Source: an uncultured Clostridia bacterium (GTDB taxonomy: Bacteria; Bacillota; Clostridia; TANB77; CAG-508). From it: a stretch of 64,000 nucleotides of DNA. A model generated the notes under the pieces. That model saw nothing but the letters and a program-made list of their open reading frames with translations, ran no database searches and was not told the origin of the DNA. The stretch spans positions 4,910 through 68,909 of the forward strand of contig CALXWL010000001.1 of assembly GCA_944392385.1 (NCBI GenBank). Direction: 5' to 3'. Position numbers and translations under genes: made by a program. Below, piece after piece: positions 22,022-32,926 of this stretch (positions within the stretch are counted from its first letter, which is position 1; each line of letters starts with the position of its first letter).

Positions 22022-24088
22022 ATGGGAAAAATAGTTTTATTAGATGATTTAACAATTAATCAAATAGCAGCAGGAGAAGTTATAGAAAGACCAGCATCAG
22101 TAGTAAAGGAATTAATAGAAAACTCAATAGATGCAGGAGCAAATAGCATAAGCGTAGAAGTAAAAAATGGAGGAATAAAACAAATAAAAATAATAGATAA
22201 TGGCTCTGGAATTGCTAAAGATGATTTAGCCTTTGCTTTTGAAAGACATGCAACAAGTAAAATAAGAACAGCACAAGATTTAGAAGAAGTCAAATCTATG
22301 GGGTTCAGAGGAGAAGCTTTAGCCAGTATTGCTGCAATTGCACATGTAGAGGTAGTTACAAAAACAGAAAATGAATTTATGGGGAACAAAATAGTGTTAG
22401 AAGGTGGAGAAATATTAGAACAAGAAGAAACAGGAGCACAAAAAGGAACAACAATTACAATAAGTAATCTATTTTATAATACACCAGTAAGATATAAATT
22501 CTTAAAAAAAGACTATACAGAATTAGGATATATAGAAGATACCGTAAAAAGAATAGCACTTGCAAACCCAAATGTAGCAATTAGGTTATCAAATGAAAAT
22601 AAAACAATAATAAAAACAAATGGTAGTGGAGAACTAAAAACAGCAGTATACAGCATATATGGAAAAGAAACAACAGATGGTTTAATAGATGTAGAATACA
22701 CATATGAAGATATAAAGATAACAGGAGTAATTGGGAAACCAGAAATTGCAAGAGGAAATAGATCATATCAAATGTTTTTTGTAAATAAAAGGTTTGTAAA
22801 AGATAAAACTTTATCAGCAGGAGCAGAGCAGGCATTTAAAGGTCTTTTACCAATAGGAAAATTTGGATTTTTAATACTAAACTTAGAAATGAAGCCAAAT
22901 TCTATAGATGTGAACGTACATCCTACAAAATTAGAAATAAGATTCCAAGAAGAACAAAAAGTCTTCAAAGCAGTATATCATGCAATAAGAGAAGGACTAC
23001 TAAAAGGAGACTTAGTAAAAAATACTGAAAAAAATGAAGAAGAAAATAATAATAATACACAAAATGTAATAACTAATAATGTAACAGAAAATAAAAATAT
23101 AGAGCAAATAGGAGAAGTAATAAAACCAGTAGCAGAAAATAAAAGTGCATATATTGATATGCAAAAAACAGCAAGATTTGAACCAATAGTAGAAGAACCA
23201 AAAGGTCCAGGTTTGTTTGGAATGTTTAAAAAGAAAAATGCTGCAATAGAAGAAAATGTAGAAAAAAATGCAATAGAAGAAATATTTGCATATAAGAATA
23301 ATGAACCATACATGCAGGATACGAACAACACAAATACATCAGAAAATGAAATGAATAACAACAATGTTGATTTTGAAAAAATGTATAGTCAAACATTTGG
23401 AGTAAAAAAAGAAGAGAAAAAAGAAGAGGCAGAAAAAATAACAAATTATTCTTTTGCAGATTCAGATAATATTTCAATTTTTGAAGATGAAGAAGAATAT
23501 GAACAAGCACCAGCATATAAATACTGTGGAACAGTATTTTCAACTTATATAATTATTGAAATGGGAAACGAAATGTATATTATCGACCAACATGCTGCAC
23601 ACGAAAGAGTATTATATGAAGAAATAAAGAAAAATTATTATGAAGGTGCAGAAAAAGAATCACAAATAATGTTATTGCCAGATATCATTACACTATCACA
23701 CAAAGAAAAATCAATAGTTAAAGAAAATTTAGATTTATTCAAAAAAGCAGGCTTTATGCTAGAAGAATTTGGAGAAAACACTGTTAGACTAATAGGAGTT
23801 CCATCAATTTGTATGGATATGGATACAAAAGAACTATTCTTAGAAATATTAGATACAATAGATACTGTTGCAATAACAGCAAAACAAGAAAAAGAAGATA
23901 GATTTATAGCAACAATAGCATGTAAAGCTGCAGTTAAAGCAAATATGAATTTAACTAAAGAAGAAATAGATAGTTTAATGAAAAAATTATTAGTATTACC
24001 AAACCCATTCACATGCCCACATGGTAGACCAACAGCAATTAAGATGGATAAGATAGATTTAGAAAAAAAATTTAATAGAAGGAAATAA
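22022..24088 (+). CDS. mutL: DNA mismatch repair protein MutL
   Basis: LDDLTINQIAAGEVIERPASVVKELIENSIDAG is the GHKL ATPase motif. The C-terminal QHAAHERVLYE...CPHGRP endonuclease motifs are present. Confidence 0.95.
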   Translation: MGKIVLLDDLTINQIAAGEVIERPASVVKELIENSIDAGANSISVEVKNGGIKQIKIIDNGSGIAKDDLAFAFERHATSKIRTAQDLEEVKSMGFRGEALASIAAIAHVEVVTKTENEFMGNKIVLEGGEILEQEETGAQKGTTITISNLFYNTPVRYKFLKKDYTELGYIEDTVKRIALANPNVAIRLSNENKTIIKTNGSGELKTAVYSIYGKETTDGLIDVEYTYEDIKITGVIGKPEIARGNRSYQMFFVNKRFVKDKTLSAGAEQAFKGLLPIGKFGFLILNLEMKPNSIDVNVHPTKLEIRFQEEQKVFKAVYHAIREGLLKGDLVKNTEKNEEENNNNTQNVITNNVTENKNIEQIGEVIKPVAENKSAYIDMQKTARFEPIVEEPKGPGLFGMFKKKNAAIEENVEKNAIEEIFAYKNNEPYMQDTNNTNTSENEMNNNNVDFEKMYSQTFGVKKEEKKEEAEKITNYSFADSDNISIFEDEEEYEQAPAYKYCGTVFSTYIIIEMGNEMYIIDQHAAHERVLYEEIKKNYYEGAEKESQIMLLPDIITLSHKEKSIVKENLDLFKKAGFMLEEFGENTVRLIGVPSICMDMDTKELFLEILDTIDTVAITAKQEKEDRFIATIACKAAVKANMNLTKEEIDSLMKKLLVLPNPFTCPHGRPTAIKMDKIDLEKKFNRRK

Positions 24089-24113
24089 TTAATTCTATTA
24101 GAAAGGAATAGCC

Positions 24114-25022
24114 TTGAAACCAACTGTATATGTAATTGGAGGACCTACTGCTTCGGGAAAAAGTAAATTAGCAGTAGAACTTGCGAAAAAAATAAATGGA
24201 GAAATAATATCAGCAGATTCAATGCAAATATATAAAGACATGAATATAGGAACAGCAAAAATAACTAATCAAGAAATGCAAGGAATAAAGCACTACCTAA
24301 TAGATTTTATTTCACCAGAACAAAGGTATAGTGTATCAAGTTTTAAAAAAGATGCAGAGGATGCAATAGAAAAAATCTTATCAAATGGGAAAACCCCAAT
24401 AATTGTCGGAGGGACAGGTTTATACATAGATAGTTTAATATATGGAATAGAATTTCAAGATGAGAAAATAGACACTAAATACAGAGAAAAACTGAATAAA
24501 ATAGCAGAAATAGAAGGACTAGAAAAACTATATAAAAAAGCCCAGAAAATAGATCCAGAGGCAATGGCAAAAATAAGTGCAAATGATAGAAAAAGAATTA
24601 TAAGAGTATTAGAAATTTATCATAAAACAGGAAAAACAAAAACAGAACAAGAAAAAGAATCAAGAAAAAATGAAGTAAAATATAACTACAAAGTATTTGC
24701 AATAACAATACCTAGAGAAAAGCTTTATGAAAGAATAAATAAAAGAGTTGACCAAATGCTAGAACAAGGGCTAATAGAAGAGGTTGAAAAAATTTTAGAA
24801 AAATATTCATATTTCCCTACAGCAATGCAGGGATTAGGCTATAAAGAAGTGATAGAATATCTAGAAAATAAAATAACAAAAGAAGAAATGATAGAAAAAA
24901 TAAAAAAAGAAACAAGGCATTATGCGAAAAGACAAATAACATGGTTTAAAAAAAATAAAGAAACAATATGGCTAGATGGAGAAAAAACCACAGAAGAAAA
25001 TGTATATCTAATGACAATTTAG
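24114..25022 (+). CDS. miaA: tRNA dimethylallyltransferase MiaA
   Basis: VIGGPTASGKSKLAVELA..ISADSMQIYKDMNIGTAK. TTG start. Confidence 0.9.
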   Translation: MKPTVYVIGGPTASGKSKLAVELAKKINGEIISADSMQIYKDMNIGTAKITNQEMQGIKHYLIDFISPEQRYSVSSFKKDAEDAIEKILSNGKTPIIVGGTGLYIDSLIYGIEFQDEKIDTKYREKLNKIAEIEGLEKLYKKAQKIDPEAMAKISANDRKRIIRVLEIYHKTGKTKTEQEKESRKNEVKYNYKVFAITIPREKLYERINKRVDQMLEQGLIEEVEKILEKYSYFPTAMQGLGYKEVIEYLENKITKEEMIEKIKKETRHYAKRQITWFKKNKETIWLDGEKTTEENVYLMTI

Positions 25023-25116
25023 ATATAACTGGGAAAAATTTTTAAATTAAATGTAGGCACACTTGTTAATTAATTATTTGTAAAGTTTAATTTAAAAGAA
25101 GGGAGAAAAATAAAAG

Positions 25117-26431
25117 ATGACAAAGCTAAAAGATAAACCAAAGGAAAAAGTAAAAAAACAAAGCAATAAGCAAAACGACAAACTAAATAAAATAAAACAA
25201 CATATTACACAAGTAACTTTGTTATCTTTAATAATATTCATAATAATATTTTGCATATATCAAATAATAAAATTAGCTATAAATCCTACAGATTCATTTC
25301 TAGTTGAGCAAGGAAAAATATCTCAGGAAGAAAGTTTAATAGGCTATGTTATAAGGGACGAAAAGTTAATAGAAACACCCGAAAATCAAAACAAATTAGT
25401 TCAAATAAAAAATGAAGGAGAAAAAGTCTCAGTAGGAGAAGCTGTATTTAGATATGAGGCCCCAAATGAGCAAGAACTAACAGATAAAATAAATGAATTA
25501 AATACTCAAATACAAACAGCACTAGACGGACAAACTACTATATTTTCTAGTGATATAAAAGCACTAGAAAATCAAATAGAAACAAAATTAAATGAAATAC
25601 AAAATAAAAACAACATACAAGAAATAAAAGAATATAAAACAGATATAAATAACTACATTGAAAAAAAAGCAAAAATATCAGGAGAATTAAGTCCAGCAGG
25701 TTCATACATAAACAACTTAATAACTGAAAGAACTAACATAGAAAATCAGCTAAAAAGCAACTCAAAATACGAGGTAGCACCAATAGGAGGCATAGTATCT
25801 TATAGAGTAGACGGGCTAGAAACAACATTAACACCACAAAATTTTGAAAGTATTAGTACAGAAACATTGCAAAACTTAAACCTAACAACAGGTCAAATAG
25901 TAACAACAAGCCAAACTATGGGGAAAATAATAAACAATTTTGAATGTTATATAGCAGTAACAACAAATACAGATGAGGCCAAAAATGCAAAAGTAGGAGA
26001 TAAAACAAAAATAAGACTATCAGCAAGCCAAGAAATACCAGCAGAGGTAGAATATATAAAACAAGAAGACAAAAGCACATTAATAATATTTAAAATAACA
26101 CAAGGAGTAGAAGCATTAACAAGTTATAGAAAAATTTCATTAGATGTTATATGGTGGGAAAGAAGCGGATTAAGAGTACCAAATACAAGTATCATATATG
26201 AAAATGGACTAAGTTATGTAATAAGAACAAGAGCACGGAATACTAAATAAAATTTTAGTAAAAATTGTAAGAGAAAATGATAAATATAGTATAATAACAA
26301 ACTATACAACAGAAGAACTAAAAAATATGGGGTACACTGTGCAAGAAATAAACAAAATGCGTAAAATAAATATATATGATGAAATATTATCAGATCCAGA
26401 CATAGAAAAAATAGAAAAAGACTTAAACTAA
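25117..26431 (+). CDS. Membrane-anchored HlyD/membrane-fusion-like protein, hypothetical; needs a +1 shift at CGG 26236-26238
   Basis: N-terminal TM segment, coiled coil and barrel-like C-terminus. ..LSYVIRTRA|GILNKILVKIVRENDKYSIITNY... continues for 64 more codons in +1. Confidence 0.5.
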
Positions 26432-26689
26432 AAACAAGGTAATTCCTTTATTAAAAGGGATTACTTTTTGTTTAATTCTAGGATGTTTAAATTCCTTTCT
26501 AACCATATTTAATAAAACTTGTCCTTTACGATATCCATGAATAACAATAACCTCTAAAATATCATCAGGTAAAGTTTCAAACAATTTATCTAAATAATAA
26601 CGAGCCTCTAAAAGCTCCATATCATGTAAATCAATAGTAACACGCTTATCCTCTGGAATTAATAAATCATCTAACATAAAATCCTCCAA
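26423..26689 (-). CDS. Smr-domain protein
   Basis: ..TIDLHDMELLEARYYL...VIVIHGYRKGQVLLNMVRKEF is a small MutS-related domain pattern. Confidence 0.65.
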   Translation of the reverse strand: MEDFMLDDLLIPEDKRVTIDLHDMELLEARYYLDKLFETLPDDILEVIVIHGYRKGQVLLNMVRKEFKHPRIKQKVIPFNKGITLFLV

Positions 26690-26735
26690 TACTAAATATA
26701 TTATAACACAAAATTAAATGTAATAAAATAAAAAA

Positions 26736-26818
26736 ATATTACAAAAATATTACAAAAATATTACATTTATGTAAAAAGAATATAAAATATTGAAAAAAAA
26801 AAGATATTATTGTAAAAT
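26736..26818 (+). promoter_or_regulatory. Promoter module: three 11-bp-phased ATATTACA repeats, 21 nt, TTGAAA, 17 nt, TAAAAT
   Basis: Repeats at 26736-26746, 26747-26757 and 26758-26768; -35 at 26790-26795; -10 at 26813-26818, preceded by TG. The same architecture recurs at 37494-37576. Confidence 0.55.
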
Positions 26819-26966
26819 AAAAATATGTATAGACATTTAAAAAATAAAATTTTATTAATGCAAAAAAATAAACCGAGCAACCGCTGAAAGCTTGGGACTG
26901 TAGTATTCATAATAAACAGTTAGCAGTAAAAAATATTTATATAAAAAAAGAAAGGATGATAAAAAC

Positions 26967-27467
26967 ATGGAAAAGAAAGGAAAAATAATATTAATAGGAA
27001 TAATAATATTGGTGATAATAATAGGGTTAATAATAGGAGTAGTAATAAATAAAAAAGAAGACCCACAAGAACAAGTAGGAACAGTAGATAAAGAAGAAGA
27101 AAAACAAGAAGAAGAGGAAATTGAAGAAAAATATACAGTAAAATTAGAAGACGGAAGCAAACTAAATGTAAGTGAGGAGTTTAACACCACAAAGAGATAT
27201 AAAGATTTAGAAATAAGTAATATACAATACACAGAAAAAAATGGAATAACAGTACTACTAGCAGATGTAAAAAATATAGGGACAAGTAAGCATGAAATAG
27301 AAATAGTAAAAATAGCAATACTAGGAGAAAATGGAGAAACAATAACAGAATTAAATCCAATAATAGGAGAAATAGAAGTAGGAGAAACAATAAAAATAAA
27401 CGCAAATGTATCCGCAGATGTTGTAAATGCAAAAGATTTGAGAATAGAAGAAGCAGAAGAAAAGTGA
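26967..27467 (+). CDS. Membrane-anchored hypothetical protein
   Basis: 166 aa: N-terminal TM segment, acidic linker, and a likely beta-rich domain. Confidence 0.6.
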   Translation: MEKKGKIILIGIIILVIIIGLIIGVVINKKEDPQEQVGTVDKEEEKQEEEEIEEKYTVKLEDGSKLNVSEEFNTTKRYKDLEISNIQYTEKNGITVLLADVKNIGTSKHEIEIVKIAILGENGETITELNPIIGEIEVGETIKINANVSADVVNAKDLRIEEAEEK

Positions 27468-27494
27468 AAATTATATGCTAGCAAAAACATAAGC

Positions 27495-27645
27495 AAAAAG
27501 GAGATATAGCAGCAGTAGTAGCACAAAATCCAACAGTATATTATGGAAAAAAAATAGAAAATCAGGTTTTCGCCCAATAGTTTGTCTAAAATCTGAAATC
27601 CAACTAGAAAGTACAGAAAGTGGAAATTATCGAATAATAGAATAG
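27495..27645 (+). pseudogene. Internally deleted remnant of a paralogue of the pilin-like gene at 37798-39742
   Basis: 27495-27562 matches 38941-39010 (KGD.AAVVAQNPT.YYGK) and 27563-27645 matches 39660-39742 (GF.P.VCLKS.IQLEST.SGNYRI.E*). About 650 bp are missing and the two parts are out of frame. Confidence 0.7.
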
Positions 27646-27675
27646 AGGTTATTTTTACAAAATCCTGCCATTTGC

Positions 27676-27705
27676 TTGACAAACTCCAAAAGTACGTGAT
27701 ACAAT
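27676..27705 (+). promoter_or_regulatory. Sigma-A promoter of rpsT
   Basis: TTGACA, 18 nt spacer, then TG-a-TACAAT (extended -10). Confidence 0.65.
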
Positions 27706-27750
27706 AGAAAAAGTAAAATTATTTATGACTTTGAGGGAGGTGCTAAGGAA

Positions 27751-28011
27751 ATGCCAAATATTAAATCTGCAATTAAAAGAGTTAGTGTAATTGAGACTAA
27801 AACTTTAAAAAATAATATGTTAAAATCTGAATATAAAACAGCTGTTAAAAAATTTGAAGAGGCTGTAACAGAAGGAAATAAAGAAAAAGCTACAGAAGCT
27901 TTAAAATTAGCAACAAAAAAAATTGATGGTGCTTGTTCAAAAGGAATAATAAAAAAGAATACAGCATCAAGAAAAAAATCAAATTTAGCTAAAAAGTTAA
28001 ATGTTATGTAA
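27751..28011 (+). CDS. rpsT: 30S ribosomal protein S20
   Basis: MPNIKSAIKRVSVIETKTLKNNMLKSEYKTAVKKF. Confidence 0.95.
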   Translation: MPNIKSAIKRVSVIETKTLKNNMLKSEYKTAVKKFEEAVTEGNKEKATEALKLATKKIDGACSKGIIKKNTASRKKSNLAKKLNVM

Positions 28012-28017
28012 TTAAAA

Positions 28018-28052
28018 AAAGATTTCAAAGAAATTTGAAATCTTTTTTTTTT
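28018..28052 (+). terminator. Rho-independent terminator of rpsT
   Basis: AAAGATTTCAAA-gaaa-TTTGAAATCTTT plus a T-run. Confidence 0.85.
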
Positions 28053-28121
28053 ATTTCTATTGCATAAATTTAAGTAATGTAATAAAATTATCTCATAAAA
28101 ATATATGGAGGGATTTAGCAA

Positions 28122-29423
28122 ATGTCAAATATAAAAGTAAACTTAGAAAATACAGGTTTAGAAAAAAAAGAACTAATGAAGTATAATGAAAAAGTAGAAA
28201 AAGCTCATGATGAATTACATAATGTGGCAGATAAAGAAGATGAGTTTGTAGGTTGGTTACATTTGCCTACAAATTATAATAAAGATGAGTTTGAAAGAAT
28301 AAAAAAGGCAGCAGAGAAAATAAAGAAAGATTCAGAAGTGTTTGTTGTTATAGGAATAGGTGGATCATATTTAGGTGCAAGAGCTGTTATAGAGTCTTTA
28401 ACAAATACATTTTACAACTTATTACCAAATAAAAAAACACCACAAATATTTTTTGTAGGTAATAACCTTAGTCCAAATTATTTAAGCGATTTATTAGAAT
28501 GCATAGGTAATAAAGATATATCAATAAATGTTATATCAAAATCTGGTACAACAACAGAGCCAGCAATAGCATTTAGAATATTTAGAGAATTTATGGAATC
28601 AAAATATGGGATAGATGAAGCAAGAAAAAGAATATATGTTACAACAGATAAAGAAAGAGGAGCACTAAAAAAACTTTCAAATGAGGAAGAATATGAAACA
28701 TTTGTAATACCAGATAACATAGGTGGAAGATACTCAGTATTAACCGCAGTAGGATTACTTCCAATTGCAGTAGCAGGAATAAATATAGATAAATTAATGT
28801 ATGGGGCAAAAACGGCAGAAGATAAATACAATGAAAAATCTGTAAAGTATAATGAATGTTATCAATATGCAGTAGCAAGAAATATCTTATATAATCAAGA
28901 AAAAACAACTGAAATATTAGTAAATTATGAACCTAAAATGCAATATTTTACAGAATGGTGGAAACAATTATATGGCGAAAGCGAAGGAAAGGATAAAAAA
29001 GGAATATTCCCAGCAGGGGCAACATTTACAACAGATTTACATTCACTTGGTCAATATATACAAGATGGAAGAAGAAATTTATTTGAAACAATCATCAGTA
29101 TAAACCATCCACAAACAGATATAAAAATAAAAAAAGATGCAGATAACATAGATGGATTAAACTTTGTAGCAAACAAAACAATGGATTATGTAAATAAAAA
29201 AGCTATGGAAGGAACAATTGAAGCACATGTATCAGGAGGAGTACCGAATATACTAATAACATTAGATAAGCTAGATGAAGAAAACTTAGGAGAACTTATA
29301 TATTTTTTCGAACTAGCATGTGGAATATCAGGAAAAATATTAGGAGTAAATCCATTCAACCAACCTGGAGTAGAAGCGTACAAAAAGAATATGTTTAAAT
29401 TATTAGGAAAACCAGAAGTATAA
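28122..29423 (+). CDS. pgi: Glucose-6-phosphate isomerase
   Basis: ..[17 protein letters not shown]...[15 protein letters not shown]...[14 protein letters not shown]. Confidence 0.95.
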   Translation: MSNIKVNLENTGLEKKELMKYNEKVEKAHDELHNVADKEDEFVGWLHLPTNYNKDEFERIKKAAEKIKKDSEVFVVIGIGGSYLGARAVIESLTNTFYNLLPNKKTPQIFFVGNNLSPNYLSDLLECIGNKDISINVISKSGTTTEPAIAFRIFREFMESKYGIDEARKRIYVTTDKERGALKKLSNEEEYETFVIPDNIGGRYSVLTAVGLLPIAVAGINIDKLMYGAKTAEDKYNEKSVKYNECYQYAVARNILYNQEKTTEILVNYEPKMQYFTEWWKQLYGESEGKDKKGIFPAGATFTTDLHSLGQYIQDGRRNLFETIISINHPQTDIKIKKDADNIDGLNFVANKTMDYVNKKAMEGTIEAHVSGGVPNILITLDKLDEENLGELIYFFELACGISGKILGVNPFNQPGVEAYKKNMFKLLGKPEV

Positions 29424-29436
29424 GAGAGGAACTTTT

Positions 29437-30220
29437 ATGAATGAAGTTACATTTCCAATGTTAAACTTAAAAATTAATATAGATAATATAGCCTTCTCAA
29501 TACTAGGAATAGATATATATTGGTATGCAATATTAATAGTATCAGCGATGATACTAGCATTCATCATATTCAAACTAAGAGATGGCTTATATGATATAAG
29601 ATTTTCAGATATAATAGATTTGGCTATATATTTAATTCCAATATCAATAATTTCAGCAAGAATATATTATGTAATATTCAACTTAAACTATTATATTGAA
29701 TCACCAACGCAAATTCTAAATTTTAGAAGTGGAGGACTTGCAATTTATGGAGGAATCATAGGAGGAATTATAACATGTATTATATTTTGCAAGAAAAGAA
29801 ATATAAAATTATTAAACTTACTAGATTACATCGCACCAGGATTAGCTCTGCGGTCAAGCAATAGGAAGATGGGGAAACTTTATAAACATAGAAGCATATG
29901 GAACAGAAACAACATTACCTTGGAGAATGGGAATATATGAATCAGGTAAATACATAGAAGTACACCCAACATTTCTATATGAATCACTATCAACATTTAT
30001 CCTATTCATAGTACTAATGAGTATAAAAGAAAAACGAAAATTCCCAGGGCAACTAACATACATATATTTCATCTGGTATAGTCTTGAAAGAACACTAGTA
30101 GAAGGTCTAAGAACAGATAGCCTAATGTTAGGAAATATAAGAATATCACAAGCCCTATCACTCCTAATTCTAATAGGTGCAACAACCCTCTACATAAAGG
30201 CCCAAAAAAAACCCAAATAA
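29437..30220 (+). CDS. lgt: Prolipoprotein diacylglyceryl transferase Lgt; needs a +1 shift at CGG 29851-29853
   Basis: ..LDYIAPGLAL|GQAIGRWGNFINIEAYGTETTLPWRMGIY..HPTFLYESL... The Lgt signature GQAIGRWGNF is encoded only in +1. Confidence 0.85.
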
Positions 30221-30243
30221 AAAATTATTTATTATTCATTAAA

Positions 30244-30274
30244 AATGGAGACCACACAAAGGTCTCCATTTTTT
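30244..30274. terminator. Bidirectional terminator between lgt and the convergent PBP gene
   Basis: AATGGAGACC-acacaaa-GGTCTCCATT flanked by A/T runs. Confidence 0.8.
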
Positions 30275-30275
30275 C

Positions 30276-32489
30276 CTACCATCCACCATCTAATTCACTT
30301 TTCAAAGTTAAATTTATTACAGAGCCAATTTCTACTTGAGTATCTGCTGCAATATCTTGACTAATTACTTTTCCAGAGCCATCCAGAACTATATTTAATT
30401 TATGTTCAGAAGCAACATTTATAGCCTCAGGAACAGACATTCCCCTAAAATTAGGAACAGTAACAGATGTAGCAACATTACTATTTTGAGTATATAAGAA
30501 TACATTTGCTCCTTCTAACAAATTGCTACCTTTTCTAGGCATTTGATTTGTTACAAGTTCAGAATCTTCAGCAGAGCTATCTACATTTACAATAAAGCCA
30601 TATGATTGTAATAAATCTCTTGCTTCTGCAATAGTTTTGTTTTCTAAATCAGGCATAGTTTTAGTTTCATAGTCAGAAGCTGAGTTAGAAGTAGAAGCAA
30701 CACCTATATAAGGCAAAATTTCAGATAGTATTTGCCCTACAACAGGACCTGCAATTTCGCCACCTTGGAATGAATCACCTTTTGGATTGTATAAAGCAAC
30801 TAAGATAACAACTTGAGTATTAACTGTAGGTGAAAGTCCAAGGAAAGATGCAACATATGTTCCATCACCTTGTCCTAAATTTTCAGATGTACCAGATTTT
30901 CCACCTATAGAATAACCTTTTACATCAGCATATTTTCCAGTTCCATTACTTACAGCATAATCTAACATATCCATTACTTCACTGGCGGTTTGTTTAGAAA
31001 CAACTTGTCTTACTTGAACAGGTTCTGGGACAGTAACACTACCAGTATTAGTATCTACAATTTTATCTACAATTCTAGGTTCCATTAAAATACCTTCGTT
31101 AGCGATTGCAGAAATAGCTGTTACTAGTTGAAGAGGAGTAATATTAAATCCCTGACCAAATGACATTGCTGCAACCTCGAATTTATTAATAGAATCTTCA
31201 TTATAAAACACGCTATTAGATTCCCCATAAAATAAAGAATTGGTAGTTGAAAGTAAACCAAAAGCATTATAATATTTATATAAAGTAGGTGCACCTATTT
31301 TTAAACCTAATTGTATAAATGCAGGGTTACAAGAATTAGCTAATGCTTGCTTTAAAGATTCTCCTAAATGAGGATTAGTATGTCTCCAACAATTAATAGT
31401 GACATTATCAACAACCTCATGACCAGCACAATAAAAGACATCTGGTGTTTCTTTTTCAACAATACCTTCTTCTAATCCAATAGCTGATGTAATTATTTTA
31501 AAAGTAGAACCAGGTTCATATGTATTTTGAACAGCTTTATTTCTCCACATTTCATACAAATAATTAGTTTGTTCCTCAGATGACATGGTATCCCAAGTAC
31601 TCAAAATAGTAGCATCAGTTGGGGTAAAAGGAGTATTTAAATCATAATCAGGATAATTTGCCATTGCTAAAATATTGCCAGTAGAAGGTTGCATTATAAT
31701 AACAGTTCCATAATCTGCAATATTATCAATAACAGCCTGTGAAAGATATTTTTCAGCAATAGATTGAATATTAACATCTATAGTTAAGTAAACATTACTA
31801 CCATTTTGTGCATCAATATATGACTGCTCTTGATTTGGTATTTCAGAATTAATAGAATCAGTAACTGTAACAACTTTACCAACAGTACCAGAAAGTATTG
31901 AATCAAGAAAATTTTCCAAACCAAATAATCCATTACCATCAGTTCCAGTAAAACCAAGCATATGACAAGCCAAATTATTATAAGGATAGTACCTTTTTAT
32001 TGATGAATCTATAGATATTCCAGAATATATTTCATTAGACTCCATCCAATTACGTAATAGTTCTATTTTATCGCTCTCAACTTTAGAAGCAATTGTAACA
32101 GAAGAAGTAGCAGAAGAAAGCTTTTCTAAAGTTTCTGCATAATCTAAACCAAAAATATTACTAAAAGACTGTGCAGCAAACTCTAAACTAACATCAGTAT
32201 CATCAGAATATTTTAAACGAGAAGGGTTTACAGAAACGGTATCTACCTCAGCACTCATAGCAAGAACTTTACCATTAGTATCATAGATAATACCCCTTTC
32301 AGGAGTAATTGTTCTAGTAGAAGTTTGCTGAGAGCTAGCTTGTCTGCTTAACCAATCGCCCTTAATAAATTGTAAGTAAGCTAATCTAAGTACGAGCAAA
32401 AGTAAGATAAAAAAAGATAACAAACCCATAATCTTTAGTTTTTTTATATTAGAATTATTAATTTTAATAATTTTTTTAGATTTCTTCAT
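30276..32489 (-). CDS. Class B penicillin-binding protein (FtsI/SpoVD/PBP2B-like) with two C-terminal PASTA domains
   Basis: It has an N-terminal TM segment, the transpeptidase motifs STFK, SCN and KSGT, and PASTA-like repeats at the C-terminus. The start is taken at the second ATG, after GGAGG. Confidence 0.9.
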   Translation of the reverse strand: MKKSKKIIKINNSNIKKLKIMGLLSFFILLLLVLRLAYLQFIKGDWLSRQASSQQTSTRTITPERGIIYDTNGKVLAMSAEVDTVSVNPSRLKYSDDTDVSLEFAAQSFSNIFGLDYAETLEKLSSATSSVTIASKVESDKIELLRNWMESNEIYSGISIDSSIKRYYPYNNLACHMLGFTGTDGNGLFGLENFLDSILSGTVGKVVTVTDSINSEIPNQEQSYIDAQNGSNVYLTIDVNIQSIAEKYLSQAVIDNIADYGTVIIMQPSTGNILAMANYPDYDLNTPFTPTDATILSTWDTMSSEEQTNYLYEMWRNKAVQNTYEPGSTFKIITSAIGLEEGIVEKETPDVFYCAGHEVVDNVTINCWRHTNPHLGESLKQALANSCNPAFIQLGLKIGAPTLYKYYNAFGLLSTTNSLFYGESNSVFYNEDSINKFEVAAMSFGQGFNITPLQLVTAISAIANEGILMEPRIVDKIVDTNTGSVTVPEPVQVRQVVSKQTASEVMDMLDYAVSNGTGKYADVKGYSIGGKSGTSENLGQGDGTYVASFLGLSPTVNTQVVILVALYNPKGDSFQGGEIAGPVVGQILSEILPYIGVASTSNSASDYETKTMPDLENKTIAEARDLLQSYGFIVNVDSSAEDSELVTNQMPRKGSNLLEGANVFLYTQNSNVATSVTVPNFRGMSVPEAINVASEHKLNIVLDGSGKVISQDIAADTQVEIGSVINLTLKSELDGGW

Positions 32490-32624
32490 ATGTCCTCCAT
32501 GCATAATTTTGAATAGCTACATTTTATCTTATAAATTAATAAAAATCAATACTTTTCTCTTGTTTTTTTAGAGAAAAAGTTATATAATAATGAGAATTAA
32601 AATCCAAGAGAAAGGAATGATTTT

Positions 32625-32909
32625 ATGCAAGTAGAAAAAGAAGAAATTTTGCATATTGCAAAACTAGCTTGTCTTAATATAAAAGAAGATGAGATAGAAG
32701 AATATCGAAAAAACCTTCAAGATATTTTAAACTTTGCAGATGTGGTAAATAGTGTAAACACAGAAAACATAAGCGAAACAATAGGTAGCACAAGCAATAT
32801 AAATGTATTTAGAGAAGATGAAGTAAAAGAATTTAAAGAAAAAGAGCTATTATTACAAAATGCTCCAGCAGAACAAAATGATATGTTTAATATTCCAAAA
32901 GTAATTTAA
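32625..32909 (+). CDS. gatC: Glu/Asp-tRNA amidotransferase subunit C
   Basis: 94 aa, ..[27 protein letters not shown].., upstream of gatA and gatB. Confidence 0.9.
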   Translation: MQVEKEEILHIAKLACLNIKEDEIEEYRKNLQDILNFADVVNSVNTENISETIGSTSNINVFREDEVKEFKEKELLLQNAPAEQNDMFNIPKVI

Positions 32910-32926
32910 GAAAGAGAGGAAATAGT

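Noticed and set aside
26736-26768. The triple 11-bp repeats as a CRISPR array or mini-satellite
   Set aside because: There are only three contiguous 11-bp units with no spacers. Their fixed distance to a -35/-10 pair at two loci points to a regulatory site. No CRISPR array is present in the window.
29437-30220. Reading lgt, priA, the holin, Dit, the gp10-like gene, the fibre, the helicase, the HlyD-like gene and the pilin-like gene as ordinary pseudogenes (genome decay)
   Set aside because: All ten breaks are the same event: a zero-frame CGG followed by +1 onto the overlapping GGN. The downstream parts are otherwise intact and conserved, and essential functions are affected. Genuine decay in this window (27495-27645) looks different, with a large deletion and no CGG. 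The interpretation is kept open pending read-level checks.
32505-32624. A T-box or riboswitch leader upstream of gatCAB
   Set aside because: The interval is only about 120 nt and AT-rich, with no specifier or terminator-antiterminator structure that I could recognise.
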